Positions 39,253-47,405 of a DNA stretch of 64,000 nucleotides are shown in pieces. Each line of letters opens with the position of its first letter. The first letter of the stretch is position 1. Below the pieces are notes generated by a model. It was not told where the DNA came from, ran no database searches, and saw only the letters and a list, made by a program, of their open reading frames with translations. The stretch is from Bacteroidales bacterium (GTDB lineage Bacteria; Bacteroidota; Bacteroidia; Bacteroidales; UBA10428): positions 1,747-65,746 of the forward strand of contig JAWOHT010000007.1 in assembly GCA_046485045.1 (NCBI GenBank), given 5' to 3'. The position numbers and the translations under genes were made by a program.

Positions 39253-41055
39253 ATGGATACTGCAACAATCAAAATCATTGAAAAATACAAGAAGGATAAA
39301 ACCAGATTGATGGACATTCTGATTGATATTCAGGATGAAATTGGATATATCCCCCCGCAAAAGATTAGTCAGATTGCAGAAGAGTTGCACATGTCGGAGG
39401 TTGATGTGGAGCAAACCATATCTTTTTACCATTTCTTTTCGCTAAAACCCACCGGCAAATATAACATCTACCTTAACAACAGCGCTGTTGCTGCCATGAT
39501 GGGAAGGGCAGAAGTGGCCGCCACCTTTGAAAAAGAACTGGGCATTAGGTTTGGACAAGTAACTGCCGATGGCATGGCCGGGCTTTTCGACACATCGTGT
39601 ATCGGTATGAACGACCAGGAACCGGCCGCAATCATCAATAACCTTATATTCACAAAACTTACACCATTCAGGGTAAAGGAGATCATAAGGGATATCAAGG
39701 AGGGCAAGAAGGTTGAAGATATGTTTTCAGCGAGTTATGGAGATGGCAAAAATGCCACCGAACTAATTAAATCGGTTGTAAGCAACAACATAAGAAAGAT
39801 GGGGCCGATTCTTGAGAAAAATCATAAGCCGGGCGAAGCGATTAAAAAGATCATAAAAATTTCGCCTACCGACGTGATTAATGAAGTTAAGAAATCGAAT
39901 ATCAGGGGACGCGGGGGAGCAGGGTTTCCAACCGGGTTAAAGTGGGAATTCTGCAGAATTGCCCCCGGCGAAAAAAAATTTATATTTTGCAATGCTGACG
40001 AAGGAGAACCGGGAACATTCAAGGACAGGGTTATCCTTACCGAGCTTCCCAGGTTGCTCTTTGAAGGTATGGTGATTGCCGGATATGCAGTCGGCGCCAC
40101 CGAAGGTATACTGTATATCAGGCACGAATACAAATACCTCGGACAATACCTCGAAGACATACTTCAAAAGGCACGTGAAAAAAACTACCTCGGCAAAAAC
40201 ATAGGGGGCAAAAAAGGTTTTGATTTCGATATCAGGATACAGTTTGGCGCAGGGGCATATGTTTGCGGTGAAGAATCGGCACTCATAGAATCGGCAGAAG
40301 GTAAAAGAGGCGAACCCCGTGACCGGCCTCCATTCCCCGTTGAAAAAGGTTATCTCGACATGCCAACAGTAGTGAATAATGTCGAAACTCTCTGCTCGGT
40401 GGTTAAAGTAATACTTAACGGAGGTGAGTGGTACAAATCATTTGGCACGAGCGAATCTACCGGTACCAAACTGTTAAGTATCTCCGGCGATTGCCGTTAT
40501 CCTGGTGTTTACGAAGTGGTATGGGGATTTTCTGTAAATGACATTCTCGACATGGCAGGAGCTACCAAAGTTGATGTTCAGGCCGTTCAGGTAGGCGGTC
40601 CTTCAGGGGCCATTATCGCGCCTAACGAATTTAAGAGAATCTTAGGATATGAAGATCTTTCAACAGGCGGCTCTCTGATTATTCTCGGAAACCACCGGGA
40701 TATTCTGGCAGATGTGGTAATGAACTTTACCGAATTTTTCATCGAAGAGTCCTGCGGCAGCTGTTCTACCTGCAGAATAGTGCCTTCTATTCTTAAAAAG
40801 AAACTTGAAAAAATACTGAATGCCCGGGGGGTGATGCAGGATATTGACGATATGGTGGAATGGGGAAAAATACTCAGGGCCAGCCGTTGTGGACTGGGAC
40901 AAACTGCGGCCAACCCCATACTTTCGAGCATAAAGAATTTCAGACATCTTTACGAAGAAAAAATACAAAAGAACAAATCTTTCGACAGCGGATTTGACCT
41001 GAGCATGGCAGTAAAAGAGTCGTGTGAAGCTACAGGCAGGATTCCAAACATTTAA
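39253..41055 (+). CDS. hoxF: NAD-reducing [NiFe] hydrogenase diaphorase subunit HoxF (NuoE-like + NuoF-like fusion)
   Basis: 600 aa. GRGGAGFPTGLKWEF (FMN site), NADEGEPGTFKDR, 4Fe-4S motif ESCGSCSTCR...RCGLG. The N-terminal ~155 aa have the NuoE/thioredoxin-like fold. Confidence 0.88.
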   Translation: MDTATIKIIEKYKKDKTRLMDILIDIQDEIGYIPPQKISQIAEELHMSEVDVEQTISFYHFFSLKPTGKYNIYLNNSAVAAMMGRAEVAATFEKELGIRFGQVTADGMAGLFDTSCIGMNDQEPAAIINNLIFTKLTPFRVKEIIRDIKEGKKVEDMFSASYGDGKNATELIKSVVSNNIRKMGPILEKNHKPGEAIKKIIKISPTDVINEVKKSNIRGRGGAGFPTGLKWEFCRIAPGEKKFIFCNADEGEPGTFKDRVILTELPRLLFEGMVIAGYAVGATEGILYIRHEYKYLGQYLEDILQKAREKNYLGKNIGGKKGFDFDIRIQFGAGAYVCGEESALIESAEGKRGEPRDRPPFPVEKGYLDMPTVVNNVETLCSVVKVILNGGEWYKSFGTSESTGTKLLSISGDCRYPGVYEVVWGFSVNDILDMAGATKVDVQAVQVGGPSGAIIAPNEFKRILGYEDLSTGGSLIILGNHRDILADVVMNFTEFFIEESCGSCSTCRIVPSILKKKLEKILNARGVMQDIDDMVEWGKILRASRCGLGQTAANPILSSIKNFRHLYEEKIQKNKSFDSGFDLSMAVKESCEATGRIPNI

Positions 41056-41067
41056 AGAGCAAAAACT

Positions 41068-41781
41068 ATGGAGGCAATAATAAGAATTACAATTGATGGC
41101 GTTGAATGCATGGCAAGCCGCGGACAATACATTGTTGAAGCTGCCAAAGAAAACGGCATTTATATTCCTACCCTTTGCAACTACCCTGGTGTGAAACCCA
41201 AAGGTAGTTGTCGTATCTGCACGGTAAAAGTCAACGGAAAACTCATGACTTCCTGTACAACTCCGGTTTCACAAGGTATGCTGATAGAAAATTACACATC
41301 CGAACTTAATGAATTGAGGAAAGCAATTATCGAACTTTTGCTTGTTGAAGGAAACCACTTCTGCCCATCGTGTGAAAAGAGCGGGTTCTGCGAACTGCAA
41401 GCGCTGGCTTACAGATTTAAAGTAATGGTACCCAGGTTTCCTTACTCTTTCCCTTTGCGGAAGGTAGATGCATCGCACCCGAAAATAATCAAAGACCAAA
41501 ACAGATGCATTCTTTGCAAAAGGTGTATCAGGGCTGTAAAAGATGATAAGGGACGCAGCATTTTTGCTTACAGGAGAAGGAGCCACAGAGTAGAAGTAGG
41601 TGTGGACTCCAAACTTGGTAAAATGCTTACAGATGAGCTAGCTCAAAAGGCTATGGATGTATGCCCTGTGGGTTCTATACTTGTAAAAGAAAAAGGATTT
41701 GCCATACCAATTGGTGAACGAAAATATGATTTTAAACCTATTGGCAGCGATATAGAAAATATGTCTGCTTCAAAATTTTAA
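41068..41781 (+). CDS. hoxU: NAD-reducing hydrogenase diaphorase subunit HoxU (NuoG N-terminal-like Fe-S protein)
   Basis: 237 aa. 2Fe-2S motif CNYPGVKPKGSCRICTV...C, HFCPSCEKSGFCELQ (HxxxCxxCx5C), CILCKRCIRAV...CPVGS. Confidence 0.85.
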   Translation: MEAIIRITIDGVECMASRGQYIVEAAKENGIYIPTLCNYPGVKPKGSCRICTVKVNGKLMTSCTTPVSQGMLIENYTSELNELRKAIIELLLVEGNHFCPSCEKSGFCELQALAYRFKVMVPRFPYSFPLRKVDASHPKIIKDQNRCILCKRCIRAVKDDKGRSIFAYRRRSHRVEVGVDSKLGKMLTDELAQKAMDVCPVGSILVKEKGFAIPIGERKYDFKPIGSDIENMSASKF

Positions 41782-41793
41782 ACTGGAACCAAA

Positions 41794-42342
41794 ATGAGTA
41801 AACCTATTATTGCTACCACTTCACTGGCCGGTTGTTTCGGTTGCCACATGTCAATTCTCGATATTGACGAACGTATTTTACAGCTTATAGACCTCGTTGA
41901 GTTCAACAAATCACCTGTGAACGATATTAAAAAGTTTACCAAAAAATGTGATATCGGACTTATTGAGGGAGGGTGCTGTAACAGCGAAAATGTGCATGTA
42001 TTGAAAGATTTCAGGGAAAACTGCAAAATACTTGTTTCGGTTGGTGAATGTGCCATTATGGGTGGACTGCCAGCCATGCGCAATGGTATCCCCATCAAAG
42101 AGTGCCTTGATGAAGCATACCTCAATGGGATAACAGTAGTGGGCAACACAGCCAAAATCGTTCCTAACGATCCCGAACTGCCTATGCTGCTCGATAAAGT
42201 ATATCCCTGTCATGAAATTGTAAAAATTGATTATCACCTGCCAGGATGCCCTCCAAGTGCCGACCTTATTTGGGAAGCGCTGGTAGCCCTTGTTACCGGT
42301 GATGAAATGAAGATGCCTTATGAAGTGATAAAATTCGACTAA
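41794..42342 (+). CDS. hoxY: [NiFe] hydrogenase small (delta) subunit HoxY
   Basis: 182 aa, short NuoB-like small subunit. Cluster ligands GCFGCHMS, GGCCNS, GECAIMGG, LPGCPPS. Confidence 0.85.
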   Translation: MSKPIIATTSLAGCFGCHMSILDIDERILQLIDLVEFNKSPVNDIKKFTKKCDIGLIEGGCCNSENVHVLKDFRENCKILVSVGECAIMGGLPAMRNGIPIKECLDEAYLNGITVVGNTAKIVPNDPELPMLLDKVYPCHEIVKIDYHLPGCPPSADLIWEALVALVTGDEMKMPYEVIKFD

Positions 42343-42356
42343 TAATAATAGATTGT

Positions 42357-43811
42357 ATGGGACAAAAGATAACAATAGAACCTGTAACCAGAGTAGAAGG
42401 CCACGGCAAGGTCACCATTCATCTCGACAATGAAGGGAATATTGCACAAACCAGGCTGCACATAGTTGAATTCAGGGGTTTCGAACGGTTTGTGCAGGGA
42501 AGGCCCTACTGGGAAGCCCCCGTACTGGTTCAAAGGCTTTGCGGTATATGCCCGGTGAGCCACCATCTTGCTGCTGCCAAAGCACTCGATGTAATTGTTG
42601 GTGCAGGAACCGGCGACGGACTGACCCCAACAGGCGAAAAAATGAGGCGCCTGATGCATTACGGACAGTTTTTCCAGTCGCACACACTTCATTTTTTCCA
42701 CCTTGCTGCTCCCGATCTGCTTTTTGGCATTGACAGTGACCCTGTTAAACGTAACATTATCGGAATTGCACTCGAAAACAAAGAACTTGCCGTGCAAGGG
42801 GTAATGATGCGCAAATACGGCCAGGAAATAATTAAAGCCACCGCCGGTAAAAAGATACATGGCACAGGGGCAATCCCCGGAGGTATTAACAAACACCTTT
42901 CTGAAGAGGACAAAGAGTATCTGTTAAACGGTGACGATCCCATGAACATTGGCAAAATGATTGAATGGTCGCAGGCAGCATTGGCGTTTTTTCACGATTA
43001 CCATAAAAAAAACAAAGATATCATTGACAACTTCATTGAATTTCCTTCAAGCTACCTGAGCCTTGTGCGAAAAGACGGGGCGCTGGATATTTATCATGGC
43101 GTATTGAGGGCTGTTGATCAGGAAGGAAAAAAAATACTCCATGATGTTGATTATCAATTATATTATAAATACATTGACGAAGAAGTAAAGTCATGGAGTT
43201 ACATGAAATTTCCCTACCTGAAAGAAATTGGTACAAAAAATGGCTGGTATAGTGTAGGTCCGCTGGCACGGCTTAATACTGCCGATTTTATTGACACACC
43301 TCTTGCGCAGAAAGAGTTTGAAAAATTCAAAGCTTACAATAACGGTAAACCCAGCAACAAACCCATGCATAATCACTGGGCAAGGCTGATTGAAATACTG
43401 CATGCTGCAGAAAAAATGAAGGAACTGCTTAATGACCCCGACCTGCTCGAAGGCGAACTGGTGACTAAAGGTAATAAGTCTTACGAAGGGGTGGGTCTGC
43501 TTGAAGCCCCGAGAGGAACCCTGTTTCACCACTATAAGATCAACGACAACGATCAGATTGAAATGGCTAACCTTATAGTATCTACAACCAACAATAACCA
43601 ACCAATGAACGAAGCTGTAAACCAGGTTGCCACAAAAACAATGAAGGGAAAACAAAAAATAACCGAAGGGATGATGAATGCCGTTGAGGTTGCCATAAGG
43701 GCTTATGATCCCTGCCTGAGTTGTGCTACCCATGCATTGGGCCAAATGCCTCTTGAGATTACCTTACTTGATGAGGATGACAAGGTAATAGATTGCAAAA
43801 CAAGCTCGTAA
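42357..43811 (+). CDS. hoxH: [NiFe] hydrogenase large (beta) subunit HoxH
   Basis: 484 aa. N-terminal Ni-Fe ligand motif RLCGICPVSH and C-terminal DPCLSCATH, followed by a 25-aa tail of the type removed by the endopeptidase. Confidence 0.92.
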   Translation: MGQKITIEPVTRVEGHGKVTIHLDNEGNIAQTRLHIVEFRGFERFVQGRPYWEAPVLVQRLCGICPVSHHLAAAKALDVIVGAGTGDGLTPTGEKMRRLMHYGQFFQSHTLHFFHLAAPDLLFGIDSDPVKRNIIGIALENKELAVQGVMMRKYGQEIIKATAGKKIHGTGAIPGGINKHLSEEDKEYLLNGDDPMNIGKMIEWSQAALAFFHDYHKKNKDIIDNFIEFPSSYLSLVRKDGALDIYHGVLRAVDQEGKKILHDVDYQLYYKYIDEEVKSWSYMKFPYLKEIGTKNGWYSVGPLARLNTADFIDTPLAQKEFEKFKAYNNGKPSNKPMHNHWARLIEILHAAEKMKELLNDPDLLEGELVTKGNKSYEGVGLLEAPRGTLFHHYKINDNDQIEMANLIVSTTNNNQPMNEAVNQVATKTMKGKQKITEGMMNAVEVAIRAYDPCLSCATHALGQMPLEITLLDEDDKVIDCKTSS

Positions 43812-44279
43812 GTGCCTGAAAACCCGAAAATACTAATATACGGTTATGGCAATCCCGGAAGACAGGATGATTCTCTTGGGGTAAGGCTTACCGAAATGGT
43901 GGAAGAATGGGCCAGGTCAGACAATTATGAGAATATACAAACCGATAGCAATTACCAGCTGAACATCGAAGATGTAATTATTCTGAAAGATAAAAACCTG
44001 GTTATTTTTGCCGATGCATCAAAAGAAAAGCTTAGCGATTATAAGCTTGAACCACTTAAACCTAAAAACAAGACCGATTTCACCATGCACCATGTCTCCC
44101 CAGCTTTCCTGCTGTTTCTTGCCGGTGAACTGAATGGTGCTGTACCAGAGTGCTATGTTCTTCATATAAAAGGGTATGAATGGGAGTTTATGGCCAATCC
44201 AACGATACAGGCAATGAAAAATCTTCAAAAAGCGTTCGGTTTTATAAAGGATTTTCTGCTTGACTATTTACATAATTGA
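43812..44279 (+). CDS. hoxW: hydrogenase maturation endopeptidase (HoxW/HycI family)
   Basis: 155 aa with a GTG start abutting the hoxH stop. ILIYGYGNPGRQDDSLGVRL matches the GNxxxxDDGxG protease signature. Confidence 0.8.
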   Translation: MPENPKILIYGYGNPGRQDDSLGVRLTEMVEEWARSDNYENIQTDSNYQLNIEDVIILKDKNLVIFADASKEKLSDYKLEPLKPKNKTDFTMHHVSPAFLLFLAGELNGAVPECYVLHIKGYEWEFMANPTIQAMKNLQKAFGFIKDFLLDYLHN

Positions 44280-44346
44280 ATTACAACCTTATAATCGATA
44301 ACTGAAGCAATTTTCTATATCTTAATGCCAAAAAAATCTAATCAAT

Positions 44347-45777
44347 ATGTCTGCAAGTTTTACCATTGACATGCATTGTCACTCATCTATGAAGCCATAT
44401 GGAAAAAGTTTTGACAAAGATTTTATAAACAACCCGTTGCCGTCTGAAAACAACAGCATATACTATTATAATCCACCAACACCAAAAGAAAAAATACTGA
44501 ACATTGCCACTACCATAACCAGGTTTTCCCAGTCGGGCTTCACTGCCCTCCACAAAGGCAATATTAAGGTAATTGGCGCCTCGCTTTACCCTGCTGAAAG
44601 AGGGTTTTTTAACGGCAAGTTAGGCACCGGCAAGATTACTGATACAATTTCTGATTTCATCACCGGCTTCGGAAAAACAAGAATTGATTTCATTCAAAGC
44701 AACCATGACTACTTTACCGATTTGAAAAGAGAATATGAATTCTACCGGCAACTGCACGGTACAATGGTTAAAGTAGAAGGTAAAGATATTGAATATCGCA
44801 TTACCAGAAACATGCACGAATTGAGCCAAAATATTAATAATACAGTAACAGACACCTTATCGGTTATCCTTACCATTGAAGGTTTTCATGCGTTCAACAG
44901 CTATGCCAACCGAAGGGCAGAGGTAAATGAAATACTCAACAACGTATATGATTTGAAATCATGGGAGTACCGGCCACTATTTATAAGCGCCGGCCACCAT
45001 TTTTACAACGGGATGTGTGGCCAGGCATACAGCTTGTCTGGAATAACAGGATATATTCTTGATCAGAGTTTCGGTGCAGATACGGGCATTAGTTCGCTGG
45101 GCTTTGATGTCATTGGCGCCCTTCTTAATAATACCAACCATAACAGAATTCACATTGATGTGAAACACATGAGCGTAGAATCGAGAAAACAATATTACAA
45201 ATACCTTGAAGACAAACCAGATATTCCGGTTATTGTAAGTCATGGTGCCATAAACGGGCTTGAATCATTTGAAAACAGGATAAATACCTTCAGTAACGGC
45301 AAAAACGTCTTTAACCAGGCAGACATAAATTTTTTCGACAATGAAATAATAAAAATTGCCGACTCAAAAGGTATATTCTGTATTCAGCTTGACGAGCGGA
45401 GACTGGCAAATAAGGAACAATTGAAACAATCATTTTTCAACCTCAGCAAAAAAAGAATGCTGACAAACCGTTCCGAACTGTTATGGAACCAGGTTCGTCA
45501 TATTGGTGAAATACTTGATAAAAATGGGAGAAATGCCTGGACCATTGCGGCAATAGGTTCAGATTTTGACGGCATAGTTGACCCTGTGAACGGATTCTGG
45601 ACCGCAGAAGAATTTCCCCTGCTTAAAGAATACCTTCGTGTACATGCCAAAAACTACATGGCTGCCGATGGAAAAAACCTTCAATTGAATATAAATAAAA
45701 ACATCGCCCCCGAAGAGATCATTGAAAATCTCTTTGTAAACAATGCCATGCATTTTCTCGGGCTATATTTAAGATAG
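44347..45777 (+). CDS. amidohydrolase-superfamily metallohydrolase, M19 (membrane dipeptidase)-like
   Basis: 476 aa. The block order resembles M19: IDMHCH, TIEGFHAF, ISAGHHFYN, IHIDVKHMS, PVIVSHGA, IGSDFDG. The N-terminal metal motif is HxH rather than the M19 HxD. Confidence 0.5.
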   Translation: MSASFTIDMHCHSSMKPYGKSFDKDFINNPLPSENNSIYYYNPPTPKEKILNIATTITRFSQSGFTALHKGNIKVIGASLYPAERGFFNGKLGTGKITDTISDFITGFGKTRIDFIQSNHDYFTDLKREYEFYRQLHGTMVKVEGKDIEYRITRNMHELSQNINNTVTDTLSVILTIEGFHAFNSYANRRAEVNEILNNVYDLKSWEYRPLFISAGHHFYNGMCGQAYSLSGITGYILDQSFGADTGISSLGFDVIGALLNNTNHNRIHIDVKHMSVESRKQYYKYLEDKPDIPVIVSHGAINGLESFENRINTFSNGKNVFNQADINFFDNEIIKIADSKGIFCIQLDERRLANKEQLKQSFFNLSKKRMLTNRSELLWNQVRHIGEILDKNGRNAWTIAAIGSDFDGIVDPVNGFWTAEEFPLLKEYLRVHAKNYMAADGKNLQLNINKNIAPEEIIENLFVNNAMHFLGLYLR

Positions 45778-45889
45778 AGAATTAACCTCACATGCCAGAA
45801 TGCGTATTTGTTGTTCACTCTCTCTGTCGTTTGAAAAAAAATAGCTATATTAGAGATAGGAATTTTTAGTTATTTATCCTACCCCGGCA

Positions 45890-47365
45890 ATGACAGGTAA
45901 AAAGTACATGAAACATACAGTAAAATTTTCATTAACTCTGTTGCCGTTGATATTATTCATTCATACAGTGCTAAAGGCAGCCGCTGATGAATCATCACTT
46001 CTGTTGAACAATGCTTTTCAGGAAACTGTGAATAACCTGAATGCTGCAGATTCATTTTCCACACTAATACAATACAAGCGACAAGATTATTATATAACAG
46101 AGATAAAACGCATTGAATGGTCGCATAAGGGCCGCATTAACATTATTTCTTCAAGGCAGATAGATTCTGTAAGCCTGCCGCATAACTACGCTTATCTCAA
46201 GATAGATTTTCCGGTGCTTGAATACAACGACACTATTGTTAAAAATTATAAATATTTACTAATAAAAAAGAAAAACAACCTGCATTGGACCAACCTGGGC
46301 AGTAATCCCTATGTTATTCTTTCGAAACTCAGGCCGGGAAAACACACCCTGTTTGTTGCCGCTTATTTACCTGAACAGAATATATCTTACAGGCAGGGAA
46401 AACTGGATATTTATATTGCATCACAATTCTGGTTGCAATGGTATATAGTGCTGTTTTATATAATTATTTTCATTGCAATGCTATTGCTATTTTTCAGGTT
46501 TCAGACCCGTGCTTTACGAAAACTCACAAGACAATACCGTGAACGTGAAAAAATTGCCCAGCAGATAATGAACCAAAAAGAGGAGCTTGCAACTAAAAAC
46601 AAAAACATTACCGACAGTATCAATTATGCCAAGAGGATTCAGTCTGCCCTGATGCCCTCAAAAAAGCTTTTTCATTCAATATTCCCCGAATCGTTTGTTT
46701 TACATATTCCTAAAGATATTGTCAGCGGCGACTTTTACTGGATCAACGAGGTAAAGGAAACTATTTTTATTGCAGCAGTAGATTGCACTGGACATGGAGT
46801 ACCGGGAGCATTCATGTCAATTATCGGTTTCGAGCTTTTCAGAAAGCTCACCAATGTAGAGGGTATTAAAAAACCATCGGATATCCTCAATAACCTTAAC
46901 GAAGATTTTCAGGACATTTTTAAAGACGTAGAGAACATGGTGCTAAAAGATGGAATGGACATCGCCTTTTGCTCGGTAAACAAAAAAACAAAAATACTTG
47001 AATTTGCCGGAGCGTTTAACCCGCTTTACCTTATACGCGACAACTCTATAATCGAAATTAAAGGCGACCGTAACTCTGTAGGACTGCCTGTTTCTGAAAC
47101 TGAAAAATGCATTTTTGAAAATCACTCTGTGCAATTGCAGAAAGAAGATATTTTCTATATTTTTTCTGATGGTTTTGCAGACCAATTCGGCGGCCCTGAA
47201 GGAAAAAAATACAAATACAGAAGGTTCCGTCACCTCCTGCTTGCTCTGCATCATCTTCCGCCAGAGCGACAACATGATTTTTTGTATAAAAGCATTATGG
47301 AATGGAAAGGCGATCTCGACCAGGTGGATGATATACTGGTACTTGGCGTTAAAGTTAATTTTTAA
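45890..47365 (+). CDS. PP2C/SpoIIE-family protein phosphatase with extracytoplasmic Y_Y_Y-like domain and one TM helix
   Basis: 491 aa; the start may be MKHTVKF at 45908. Signal/anchor, Ig-like block YKYLLIKKKNNLHWTNLGSNPYVILSKLRPGKHTLFVAAY, TM helix, coiled coil. PP2C motifs SGDFYW, VDCTGHGVPGAFMS, SDGFADQFGG, DDILVLGVK. Confidence 0.8.
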   Translation: MTGKKYMKHTVKFSLTLLPLILFIHTVLKAAADESSLLLNNAFQETVNNLNAADSFSTLIQYKRQDYYITEIKRIEWSHKGRINIISSRQIDSVSLPHNYAYLKIDFPVLEYNDTIVKNYKYLLIKKKNNLHWTNLGSNPYVILSKLRPGKHTLFVAAYLPEQNISYRQGKLDIYIASQFWLQWYIVLFYIIIFIAMLLLFFRFQTRALRKLTRQYREREKIAQQIMNQKEELATKNKNITDSINYAKRIQSALMPSKKLFHSIFPESFVLHIPKDIVSGDFYWINEVKETIFIAAVDCTGHGVPGAFMSIIGFELFRKLTNVEGIKKPSDILNNLNEDFQDIFKDVENMVLKDGMDIAFCSVNKKTKILEFAGAFNPLYLIRDNSIIEIKGDRNSVGLPVSETEKCIFENHSVQLQKEDIFYIFSDGFADQFGGPEGKKYKYRRFRHLLLALHHLPPERQHDFLYKSIMEWKGDLDQVDDILVLGVKVNF

Positions 47366-47378
47366 TCAATTTACCAGG

Positions 47379-47405
47379 GCTGACTTTCCGTCAGCTATTT
47401 TTTTT
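47379..47405 (+). terminator. rho-independent terminator after the PP2C gene
   Basis: GCTGAC-tttcc-GTCAGC followed by TATTTTTTTT. The T-tract overlaps the last Lys codons of the convergent kinase gene. Confidence 0.5.

Noticed and set aside
40660-43745. Long minus-strand ORFs (155, 154, 185 and 184 aa) inside hoxF/U/Y/H
   Set aside because: They are antisense to genes with unambiguous hydrogenase motifs. This is the typical stop-poor shadow frame of moderately GC coding DNA, and no motifs are present.
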